This document shows, in pieces, positions 53,922-64,000 of a stretch of 64,000 nt of DNA. The translations under genes were made by a program, and so were the position numbers. The notes beneath the pieces were generated by a model. That model was given only the letters and a program-made list of their open reading frames with translations. It had not been told where the DNA came from and did no database searches. Positions within the stretch are counted from its first letter, which is position 1. Each line of letters opens with the position of its first letter. Source of the stretch: Podarcis muralis (Eukaryota); assembly GCF_964188315.1 (NCBI RefSeq), contig NC_135660.1:20460001-20524000 (forward strand). Reading direction: 5' to 3'.

Positions 53922-53982
53922 TCAGCCACAGCTAGTTTCTGTAGTTTTTCCCTTTTCTTTGCAGACCAGTTAAGGTCACCTC
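53922..53982 (-). CDS. MFSD1: MFSD1 penultimate exon (61 nt): GDLNWSAKKREKLQKLAVA(E)
   Basis: ttttctgtcgtag|GAGGT...GCTGA|gtaagt. Matches recalled human GNLNYSARQREEIKFSHTE. Confidence 0.92.
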
Positions 53983-54299
53983 CTACGACAGAAAAGATAT
54001 ATGTCTTTTAACAGAGTGCATGGATGTTTTTACAAAGAGTCACAATCCATGCATATTGTGGGTACAACGCCATGCGGGCCGTTAAAGTATTTACCACAGT
54101 TCACTTGGTGTAAGTATTGTGTGCTACATGAAAAATCTAGAAGGTTATAGGAAGTAAGAAGACAGAAGCAGCTCTAGACAGAAGGAACTCTCCCCTGAAG
54201 TGCTTCCATACCAAGCGCTGTGAGGTTCAGCGCCAAGTTCAGGAAATAACATTCCTCTACCTTCTCTTCAGAAATGAAGAATAAAAGGCAGGATTTTGG

Positions 54300-54580
54300 C
54301 CCGCCCCACGTCAGGGTGGGAGTTAGGAGCAGGTCAGCAAGAATTCACAGATAATTCTTGTCAGAGAATTAACTCATTAGTCAAAGAAATAAAACAGATC
54401 AGGCCCAGAGAGCCCAGCAACAGTTACCAGTAGACCTTGCCCCAATGAGACAGTTGTGAGGGCTGAAGGTCCCTGCCTTCCTACAGTTCCCTCCTCTTCA
54501 AGGTTTTCCCAAGAAATTGGAGACTTTTGACATCTTGTCCATCTCTGCTCCACCCTGTTCATACCTCTGCTGGTTCTGAC
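54300..54580. mobile_element. Unclassified repeat, related to 57880-58389
   Basis: Colinear blocks such as tagtcaaaga...gagcccagcaac...ccttgcccca...tgaaggtccctgc...ttcatacctctgc. Confidence 0.6.
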
Positions 54581-54586
54581 AGAGTT

Positions 54587-54804
54587 GCTATGTGACAACA
54601 GCTGCACGGATGCTATTAGCCCAAAGATGGAAGGAAGAAATAATCCCGTCTAGGGAAGAATGACAAGCCAAGCTGCTGGACTATGCGGACATGGCAAAAC
54701 TAACTTGGAGACTCAGGAGTCAAAAAGACAAGAATTTTGAAAAAGAATGGGAAAATTTATAATTTACTTAGGAGACCATTGTAAGCAAATTAAAACTTTA
54801 GCTG
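54587..54804 (+). mobile_element. L1-like ORF2 C-terminal fragment
   Basis: Reads YVTTAARMLLAQRWKEEIIPSREE*QAKLLDYADMAKLT. Confidence 0.7.
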
Positions 54805-56768
54805 GACTAGAGTGCCGGTGACGGATAACTCATTCTGAAGCTGACCAGACACGGGTTAGAGCTCAATGCTGAGCCTACCAGGTGGCGGTTGCGATGGCGA
54901 AGAGGACTTTCTTCACCGCCTCTATTGCATCTGCAGAAAACAGCAGCAGGAGACTCTTTCAGGTGGTTCGCAATTTAGCGGAACCACCTGCTCCATCGGG
55001 GCCCAGTACGGGCCACATGATCTCCTGCAATGATTTTGCAAAGTTTTTTGCAGATAGTGTTGCTCAGATTTGGGAAGAGGTAGACTCCACCGTGGGAGCA
55101 GGGCCGGGGCAGGAGAGTGCTAGAGTCCTGTCTAGATTGGGATCAATTCCAATCTGTTACCTCCAAGGATGTGGACAGGCTGCTTGGACAAGTGAAACCA
55201 ACCACCTGTCTCCTTGATTCTTGCCCATTCTGGCTTATAAAAGCTAGCCGGGAAGGGCTGGGCAATGGGCTCTGTGGCTCTGCTTCTCTTTGTGAGGGAG
55301 CCTTCCCAGACCCGCTAAAAGAGACGGTTATTAAACCGCTTCTTAAAAAACCATCTTTAGATGCGGCCACGATGGCCAACTATCGCCCAGTCTCAAATCT
55401 TCCATTCTTGGGCAAGGTGATTGAGCGAGCGGTTGCCAAACAACTCCAGGCACGCCTGGAAGAAGCGGACCATTTGGATCCCTTCCAGCTGGGATTCAGG
55501 CCTCATGATGGGACTGAGACTGCCTTGGTCACACTGGTTGATGATCTCCGGCGGGCTAGGGACAGAGGTGAGAGCTGTTTCTTAGTTCTGCTGGATCTCT
55601 CAGTGGCTTTTGACACCATCGACCATAACATCCTTCTGGACCGTCTTGAGGGGCTGGGAGCTGGGGGCACTGTCATACAGTGGTTCCGCTCCTTCCTCCT
55701 GGGCTGTGTTCAGAAAGTGGTGGTGGGGGATGAGTTTTCAGACCCCTGGGCTCTCACTTGTGGGGTGCCTCAGGGTTCTGTCCTCTCCCCCATGCTTTTC
55801 AACATTTACATGCAGCCGCTGGGAGAGATCATCAGGAGGTTTGGGCTGGGTGTTCATCAGTATGCGGATGATACCCAGCTCTACCTCTCTTTTAAATCAG
55901 AACCAGGGAAGGCGGTGAAGGTCCTGTGTAAGTGTCTGGAGGCGGTTGGAGGATGGATGGCGGCTAACAGATTGAGGTTAAATCCTGACAAGACAGAAGT
56001 ACTGTTTTGGGGGGACAGGAGGCGGGCAGGTGTGGAGGACTCCCTAGTCCTGAAAGGGGTAACTGTGCCCCTGAAGGACCAGGCGCGCAGCCTGGGAGTC
56101 ATTTTGGACTCACGGCTGTCAATGGAGGCGGTCAATTCTGTATCCAGGGCAGCTGTTTATCAGCTCCATCTGGTTTGCAGGCTGAGACCCTACCTGCCCG
56201 CAGACTGTCTCGCCAGAGTGGTACACGCTCTAGTTATCTCTCACTTGGACTACTGCAATGCGCTCTATGTGGGGCACACCTTTGAAAGTGACCCAGAAAC
56301 TACAACTAATCCAGAATGCGGCAGCTAGACTGGTGACTGCGAGCGGCCGCCAAGACCACATTACACCAGTCTTGAAAGACCTACATTGGCTCCCAGTACA
56401 TTTCCAAGCACAATTCAAAGTGTTGGTGCTGACCTTTAAAGCCCTAAAGAGCCTCGGTCCAGTCTACCTGAAGGAGCGTCTCCACCCCCATCATTCTGCC
56501 TGGACACTGAGGTCCAGTGCCGAGGGCCTTCTGGCAATTCCCTCACTGCAAGAAGCCAAGTTACAGGGAACCAGGCAGAGGGCCTTCTCTGTAGTGGCAC
56601 CCGACCTGTGGAACGCCCTCCCACCAGATGTCAAAGAGAAAAACAACTACCAGACTTTTAGAAAACATCTGAAGGCAGCCCTGTTTAGGGAAGTTTTTAA
56701 TGTTAATAGATTATTGTATTTTAATATTTTGTTGGAAGCCCCCCAGAGTGGCGGGGTATAAATAATAA

Positions 56769-56826
<58 letters not shown>
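54805..56826 (+). mobile_element. 5'-truncated L2 LINE (about 2 kb), RT core open, frameshifted flanks
   Basis: ORFs 54882..55217, 55117..56328 (GVPQGSVLSP, YADD at 55861-55872) and 56258..56761. (ATT)n tail. Confidence 0.93.
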
Positions 56827-56828
<2 letters not shown>

Positions 56829-56922
56829 TGATTGCAACTTTGTATTGGTAAAAATATATATATATTTCCAAAAAAAAAAAGAAACATACAGGTCACAAGA
56901 CTAATATAATGAAGAGGCTTAC

Positions 56923-56970
56923 CTCTGAGGAGATTCACAAAGTACAGCATGACAACAGCAATGAGGCCCA
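56923..56970 (-). CDS. MFSD1: MFSD1 exon (48 nt): (L)GLIAVVMLYFVNLLR(G)
   Basis: gctttttag|TGGGC...AGAG|gtaagc. Phase 1/1 fits both neighbouring exons. Encodes the last TM helix. Confidence 0.93.
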
Positions 56971-57879
56971 CTAAAAAGCAAAAACAAAGTTAAATAAAAC
57001 TCAAGTATACAAACCAGGCGGGACAATCTTATGCAAAGGATGTAAAAAAATTAAAATGAAGAGCGTACAAATTTGAGATTGTTCCACAAATCTGTTTGTG
57101 GAACTCCCACCTGGGTGAGGAGCATCTGTCACCCTCATTATTGAATTTAAGGAGAAATTTAAACACATTCCTGTTTACTCGGGCATTTGATGGCTTAGAG
57201 ACTCCTGACAAGCCCAAGATCACTGGTTGAAAATGTTTTTAACTGCTTTTCAGAATAGTTTTTGTATTCTTTTTAGTTGTTTTTTCATGTTTTAACACTG
57301 CTGTGTCCGCTGCCCTGGGCTCTTTCGAGAGGAACGGTAGGACATAAATAAATAAAAAAGTAACATTATGTGGGAAGTGTGTATAGCTCCCTAATTAGTT
57401 ATTTCTAAAGACCTATCTGCTTACATCAGCTCTTGATTAATTTGAGGTTGGCTCAAGCTTTTAAACCTGCAATGTTGCTCTATTTTATCTTCTTATTGCT
57501 GCCTTTATTTTAAAATTAAATTGTTTGATACTGTAATGTTGACTTGTGTTTCCTCCTTTTGAATTTGATGAGAACTGCCTATACAGTAGGATTGCCATAC
57601 ATCTGGAATTTCCCCGACATAGCCAGAATACTATGGTCGGAAGCAGTGTCTGGGCAGTATACAAATATTTAAATGCAAACAAGGCAATTGAATACAAAAC
57701 AGGTCTGCGGCAAAGCCCAGAGGAGCAGTAGCACCCCCTTGTGGCTCAGATCAGGATGCCAGCCCAACTAGACGCTTATGCATTTACACTGGTTCCAGTC
57801 ACTAATAAGTAACAACTCCAAAGACAGGGTTTTCACTCACAAAGCTAGGCATTTCCCTTTTACCTACAGCAGCTCCCCA

Positions 57880-58389
57880 GTTAAGCCTGCACTGTTAAAG
57901 TGGGAGTCAGGAGCGGGTCAGGAATAACTCACAAAGTGTCAGTGTCTAGTCAAAGACACAAAACAGCTCAGACCTAGCGAGCCCAGCAACTATTCCCAGT
58001 AGGCCTTGCCCCAAAGAGGAAGCTGCGAGGACTGAAGGTCCCTGCTGCCTAAGTCCCCTCCTCCCCAACATCCTTTCCAAGCAACCCGAGACTTCTTCGC
58101 CTTGTCTGTCTTTGCTCTGCCCTCTTCATACCTCTGCAGGTTCTGGGAAAACAGGGCGAAGGGGAGCTAATCACAGCAGGAGGGAGAGACTCCCTGGATT
58201 CTTCAGTAGGCTGCCTGATCTCTGCCTCTTGGCCTCCATCCTCTCTTGCTTCTGGACTTCGCTCTGCCACAGGCTCTTCCTGCTCATTAACCCTGTTAGC
58301 TCTTCAGCTTCCGACACCTGCTCCCTCTTCTCCCTCTGACCACTCATCATTGTCCCACCACCCCTCTCAAGTCCAGCCAAGGCATGACA
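57880..58389. mobile_element. Unclassified LTR-like repeat, related to 54300-54580
   Basis: Shared blocks with 54300-54580; right end catgaca. No TSD found. Confidence 0.55.
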
Positions 58390-58590
58390 CGCACATGGGT
58401 TGAATCACTACGTGAAATCACTCAAGTTCAAGAATCCCTGTGAACTAGGGTACATTGGCCTTTATGCATGTCTAGGAAGAGAGAGGAACATTGTGGGCCT
58501 AGCACAGAACCCACCACGTGGTTCTGCATCCTTCTTTTTGAGCAATAGCTTCATGCAAATTGTTAGCTACTCCAATAAGATGTCATCAGA

Positions 58591-58842
58591 CAGTAGACAC
58601 TCCGGTTGCGAACGAGATCCATGCGGGATGCACATTCACAACCCGCAGCATTCGCAACCCACGTCTGCGCCCGCACGGGTTGCGATTCGGCACTTCTGCG
58701 CATGCGCAAAGCACGATTTAGCGCTTCTGCGCATGTGTGACCGCCGAAACCCGGAAGTAACCCGTTCCAGTACTACTGGGTTTCGGCAGCCCACAACCCG
58801 AAAAAACGCAACCTGAAGCGTCTGTAACCCGAGGTATGACTG
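58591..58842. mobile_element. Tc1/mariner MITE (F) abutting an MFSD1 splice donor
   Basis: Ends GAGGTATGACTG|TA, with TA at 58843-58844 equal to intron positions +7/+6. Confidence 0.8.
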
Positions 58843-58849
58843 TACTTAC

Positions 58850-58962
58850 AGCACAAACAAGCACTGAAGAAGATTTCTAGGAAGAGGTAGCCCCGGGAAT
58901 CCAGGATCATGCCAGCTGCGATGGCAATGATGGCCAGGCCCAAGTTCTGAATCGACTGCATG
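58850..58962 (-). CDS. MFSD1: MFSD1 exon (113 nt): MQSIQNLGLAIIAIAAGMILDSRGYLFLEIFFSACLC
   Basis: cttttcag|CATGCAG...TGCT|gtaagt. Overlaps ORF 58773..58973. Confidence 0.97.
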
Positions 58963-59976
58963 CTGAAAAGCATTAAGACGATTAGCTTACAAAGCTCAGT
59001 TTTTCAACTAATAAAAAGAAACCAATTGAAAGATATTGCCCCCACTTGCTCATAAAATCCAAACGAGCTGACAGATGAGCAAATAAAAAGCCATATGCAT
59101 CTATTAAACAATGAGATATAGCTGGTAAAATAAAATAAAAAGTGGAGGGTTAATTTTCCTTCCAAAGCAACACCATTTTCAGGCAGAAACACTCATAACA
59201 GCCCCACAACCTTACCTAGACAGGCTGGCAGGAATATACCCTCAAGTTGGCCCACATGAGAGGAAGGTTTAAAACGTGTTCAAGATCTGACATACATGGA
59301 CACCTGCTATCTGGTACACACACATGCTATCTCAGACGGCAAGGTTTCCATTCTTCCAAGCTGAAAGTGATATACCTGGAGCCAGGCCTGTAAAACAGGG
59401 CAAGGCCCTGGACACTGATTTTGCATCAGGCTGAGAAAACCCATTGAGCAGCCCCAGTTTCAAAAATCAAGTCTTCCGTTCCCAAGGCTGAATCCAAGAC
59501 AATAAGTTTCGATGTTTTTGAACAGGTGAACCAGGTGGAGCGAAAGACATCTTAAAGCAGTGGTTTCTCTGGGCCACATTTTCAGTACAAAAACTTGCTC
59601 GCGCCACACCAATTTTTTAAATGATAAAAAAATACATTGGCAAACAACTCCTGGCAGTGCTTGATTCATAACATAGAACACAACCACTTTCCAATATGGT
59701 CATGGGACATATTATAAAGTATAAAACACCCCAGCTACATAAGAACATGAATTATTCCCATAATATAATACGGATTGCCCTTGGATCTTCCTGCCACACT
59801 TGCCGTTCTCTCCTGCCACATCCTTTGAGAACCACTGTCTTAATGGAAATTCCTGAATGAACTGCAGTGAAAGGGTGTGCTTTATGAGAACAAGTCGGTA
59901 TCGTGCTATGTAATCCCAAAGTTTAAAAGACAAATCCTTACTCCAAAGCATAGAGACTCAAAAATCTATTACTCAC

Positions 59977-60074
59977 AAGCCATAAGCAGTTCCGAGCTGG
60001 TGTTCAGGGACAACGAAAGCTACCATAGGCCACAAGGCACAGGCCAGCAGGGAATAAGCCACTCCCAGGAAACA
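59977..60074 (-). CDS. MFSD1: MFSD1 exon (98 nt): CFLGVAYSLLACALWPMVAFVVPEHQLGTAYG(F)
   Basis: ttttctgcag|TGTTTC...GGCTT|gtgagt. Absent from the ORF track and translated by hand. Near-identical to recalled human CLLGLSYSLLACALWPMVAFVVPEHQLGTAYGF. Confidence 0.97.
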
Positions 60075-60213
60075 CTGCAGAAAACAGCATTAAAAACACA
60101 CACACACACACAAACATTAAATGTGATCTACCAACAGCTCCAGAGGGGACAAATTATATGGGCTTCACAAACTAGGTGTCTCATTTCTATCCAGTTTGCC
60201 CAGTTGTAAGGGG

Positions 60214-60519
60214 GCCAATCAGAAGGTCGGCGGTTTGAATCCCTGCGACAGGGTGAGCTCCCGTTGCTCTGTCCTTGCTCCTGCCAACCTAGCAGTTCGA
60301 AAGCACGTCAAAGCGCAAGTAGATAAATAGGTACCGCTCCAGTGGGAAGGTAAACGGCGTTTCCGTGCGCTGCTCTGGTTCGCCAGAAGCGGCTTAGTCA
60401 TGCTGGCCACATGACCCGGAAGCTGTATGCCGGCTCCCTCAGCCAATAAAGCGAGATGAGCGCCGCAACCCCAGAGTCTTCCGCAACTGGACCTAATGGT
60501 CAGGGGTCCCTTTACCCTT
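60214..60519 (+). mobile_element. 5'-truncated Sauria SINE
   Basis: Lacks the tRNA A-box region; 7-bp flanking repeat taagggg. Confidence 0.88.
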
Positions 60520-60751
60520 TAAGGGGATGTTTATACTAGCTTGCTCTGAAGTTGAAACAGCGTGTGCATATTTAAAGCTCCTCGACAGAGATAACACAGT
60601 GTATGAGAGGTGCAACGTCCAACAAATGGCATCTAGCACAGCTGCCGAGTTGATGAGTACCAAAATTCATACAGAGTACACTAATGTCCTAAAGCGGCCT
60701 GGACTGCCATAAAAAAATAGTTTCTGGCATATATGTTGCATCTACCTGACA

Positions 60752-60886
60752 TTCAGAAGACATCTTAAGGCAGCCCTGTTCAGGGAAGTTTTTAACGTGT
60801 GATATTTTACTGTATTTGTGGTTTTTATGGAAGCCGCCCAGAGTGGCTGGGGAGGCCCAGCTAGATGGGCGGGGTATGAATAATAA

Positions 60887-60936
<50 letters not shown>

Positions 60937-60945
60937 CATCATCAT
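60752..60945 (+). mobile_element. L2 3' end with (ATT)n tail
   Basis: Same 3' UTR as the other L2 copies. Confidence 0.85.
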
Positions 60946-61088
60946 CCTTGGGAGGAAAGAATCAGGGTTACACACAAGTATCCATTATTTTACATCCCAT
61001 ATAATGCACAAAATGCGGTTTATTGTGGGAGATGATTATAAATGCGCCTTACTGCATTAGATAAAATAAAGTTGGGGAAAATGCCTAC

Positions 61089-61245
61089 CATGGCAATCCA
61101 GGGGTTCCAGAAGGTAAAGGCCAGCATTATATGAGAAGCCAGAGTAATCACTACAGCACACATAACCCAGGTGACATTCCTTCCAACTTTGTCTACCAGG
61201 AATCCGAAGACAGGAGACATGGGTGCCGAGATGATATAGACAATG
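61089..61245 (-). CDS. MFSD1: MFSD1 exon (157 nt): IVYIISAPMSPVFGFLVDKVGRNVTWVMCAVVITLASHIMLAFTFWNPWIAM
   Basis: tttgtacag|CATT...GCCATG|gtaggc. Overlaps ORF 61020..61253. Strong match to recalled MFSD1 sequence. Confidence 0.97.
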
Positions 61246-61903
61246 CTGTACAAAGGAAGGTTATTTCAGAAGAGGAAGGCAATCACGATACAAAACGCTA
61301 CAACCACTCTAGGTTTTCCAGTGTGATGCGACTTTCCTCTTTCCCCCACCCGCAAAAATTCAGTTCCTGAATTATTTTTTAGACCTGATATATTGTGATA
61401 TGCAGTCATGCCCATCGATAAATTCATGGTGATTTCACTGGATTGGTCAACTCTTATAAAAAAATCGAATTATCACTGAAAAGCTACACTAGCAGTCAAG
61501 GTGAGGTGGAATTACAATTCACAAAGAAAATACATTTTAAATTGTATCTTTTCTATTCATTTTTGTTATAGTATATATTATCTTAGAAGATCATGCCATT
61601 TTCAGGTGGTTAAGGAAGTGATCTACATGAAAGGACTGTATTGATTTCGGCACACTTTTCTGTAATCGCAACAGCTAGAGATTTACCTTTTTAAGTAAGA
61701 AATCTGAAGATTCAAGGGGAAGGAATGCAACTGCATACTGCATACATATGCTTCAGAGCAAATATTCAGTTTCTTTTATTGATCTTTTACCCTACCAAGT
61801 GTGTGTGCTTTAGGTGCGCTGCTCAAAGTCGAGGTTCTTGAGCTGAAAAAATGCACGCAATGCAATTATTTGGGGTTTTTTTACTTAAATGGACAACACT
61901 TAC

Positions 61904-61960
61904 CTGTTGATTGCACTTGCTTCTTGAGGAGAAAACTTGAATTTCTCAATGAAGAAAACC
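61904..61960 (-). CDS. MFSD1: MFSD1 internal exon (57 nt): (K)VFFIEKFKFSPQEASAIN(S)
   Basis: Minus strand reads ttttacag|GGTTTTC...TCAACAG|gtaagt, phase 2/2. The peptide matches recalled human KVFFTEKFGFSSQAASAINS. Confidence 0.95.
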
Positions 61961-62343
61961 CTGTAAAAATCCATATAAAAAGTTTTACAATCTTACACCT
62001 GCTTACAGTAACTATGGGGGGGGGGGACAGCCTGCAATTCTAATAGTGCTGATTTGTAACTAGGCCACAATAAGAAAAGCTCTGTTGAAAGAGGACTACT
62101 GATTATTAAGTAATGAGGAATAGGAAATTGTATACAATAAATATCTGCTAACACTCCCCAGAAAAGGAAGCTGTGAGAGCAGCATGAAGTAGACTGGACA
62201 TAACGTTACTCAGAGACTGATGCTAGGAGAAAATACTCTGACCCAAAATAAGCCCTGGTTGTGGCTCTTGGCTTTTAATGGAAATGAAAAGTGGGTGGAG
62301 GGGGGTGAAAATTATAGCAAGACGGAGCAAAATAAAAATAAAA

Positions 62344-63040
62344 ATAATTTATTATTATTTATACCCAGTCCATCTGGCTGGGTTTCCCCAGCCACTCTGG
62401 GCGGCTTCAAACAAAGTATTAAAATACAATAGTCTATTAAACATTAAAAACTTCCCTAAACAGGGCTGCCTTCTAAATGTCTTCTAAAAGTCAGATAGTT
62501 GTTTTTCTCTTTGATATCTGATGGGAGGGCATTCCACAGGGCAGGTGCCACATTTAAAACTTCCCTAAACATGGCTGCCTTCAGATGTCTTTTAAAAGTA
62601 GGATAGTTGCTTATTTCCTTGACATCTGATGCTGGGAGGCCGTTCCACAGGGTGGGCACCACCACCGAGAAGGCCCTCTGCCTGGTTCCCTGTAACCTCA
62701 CTTCTCGCAGTGAGGGAACCGCCAGAAGGCCCTCAGAGCTAGACCTCAGTGTCCAGGCTGAATGATGGGGGTGGAGACGCTCCTTCAGGTATACTGGGCT
62801 GAGGCCACTTAGGGCTTTAAAGTTCAGCACCAACACTTTGAATTGTGCTCGGAAATGTACTGGGAGCCAAATGTAGTTCTTTCAGAACTGGTGTTATATG
62901 GTCTCGGCAGACACTCCCAGTCACCAGTCTGGCTGCCACATTCTGGATTAGTTGTAGTTTCTGGGTCACCTTCAAAGGTAGCCCCATGTAGAGCGCATTG
63001 CAGTAGTCCAACTGGGAGATAGCTAGAACATGCACCACAT
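62344..63040 (-). mobile_element. L2 3' fragment with a duplicated block of about 110 bp
   Basis: ORFs 62456..62836 and 62817..63047 are L2 ORF2 C-terminus. Junction at 62550/62551. Confidence 0.85.
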
Positions 63041-63381
63041 TAGACATTTAGGGGGCAATCCTATGTCAAGGTGTGTTGGCATGAGAAGCTTAGGATGCAG
63101 AGGATCTCCAGCTCTACTGGCTGGTTTCTGGCTCAGCTGGCATTAAGTCCTCAAACCTGGCTCCGCTGAAGACATGCTGGTATAACTTGCTCGTCTTGGT
63201 TCAGCCAGAGGTCAGGCGCCTGAGCTAAAGCTGGCCAAACTAAGGCCACTGTAAATACAAAAAAGGTGAGACATTCTGGGTGCAATGATCAGAGTTTGGA
63301 TCTCCGGTAACTTTATATGCCAGTGTTCCTTGTACCTAGGATTGCTCCCTAAAAGATTAATCTAAGAGTATCAAATAGGAT

Positions 63382-63663
63382 ACACTGAGGTCCAGCGCCG
63401 AGGGCCTTCTGGCGGTTCCCTCACTGCGAGAAGCCAAGTTACAGGGAACCAGGCAAAGGGCCTTCTCGGTAGTGGCGCCCGCCCTGTGGAACGCCCTCCC
63501 ACCAGATGTGAAAGAGAACAACTACCAGACTTTTAGAAGACACCTGAAGGCAGCCCTTTTTAGGGAAGCTTTTAATGTCTGATGCATTACTCTATTTTAA
63601 TAATTTGTTGGAAGCCGCCCAGAGCGGCTGGGGAAGCCCAACCAGATGGGCGGGGTATAAATA

Positions 63664-63716
<53 letters not shown>
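63382..63716 (+). mobile_element. L2 3' fragment with (ATT)n tail
   Basis: Near-identical to 17410-17743. Confidence 0.88.
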
Positions 63717-63718
<2 letters not shown>

Positions 63719-64000
63719 TCTGAAGAATATCCGAGTTTTAAGTGCAGAACTGAAAGTTAATGTCAAAGCAGAACCAGATTCCATAGTTGAAGAAAATATA
63801 CCCCCTAAGCAAGACTTTGCAAACTGACACACTGACTCTTCCTCAAGCCTTGCCTCAGAAGATTTGGAAATGGAATATGCCGTGGAAATGGCACACGCCC
63901 AGATCTTCTTGCATGTTCCAACTCAGTAGTCAACACTCTACAGACACAAAATTTGGAACTCGGAAACGTAACGGCAGCATTCATTTATGTTAGGCGAATT

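Noticed and set aside
54591-54597. tgtgaca as an LTR terminus
   Set aside because: It falls in the L1 reading frame (YVTTAAR), so it belongs to the L1 fragment.
58963-61088. Two consecutive MFSD1 introns are both 1014 nt
   Set aside because: No sequence similarity, and one gained its length from SINE and L2 insertions, so this is coincidence.
17465-63827. ORFs with poly-N, Y, I, L, R or S tracts
   Set aside because: These are translations of (ATT)n and (GAA)n retroelement tails.

Overview
Eukaryotic genomic DNA from a squamate reptile, most likely a lacertid lizard; this is inferred from its Sauria SINE, BovB and (ATT)n-tailed L2 repeats. Only one host gene is supported: the last seven coding exons of MFSD1 on the minus strand (61960 down to the stop at 52697). 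All introns are GT-AG and the phases join into one frame, VFFIEKFKFSPQEASAINS...PEHQLGTAYGFMQSIQNLG...WSAKKREKLQKLAVAE*. The 5' part of the gene lies beyond the right edge. Bases 1 to about 50,000 look intergenic and are dense in transposable elements: 15 TA-flanked Tc1/mariner-type MITEs, hAT and PIF/Harbinger MITEs, solo LTRs, Sauria and tRNA-derived SINEs, BovB, L2, L1 and CR1 fragments, and a small Penelope-like hairpin. Nearly all other ORFs in the track are TE- or microsatellite-derived or noise. I found no convincing novel multi-gene system. The findings are TE architecture, TE-splice-site contacts, an unclassified LTR-like repeat pair, an unassigned dispersed repeat and candidate regulatory elements. 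Family names come from recognising motifs by eye, not from database searches.
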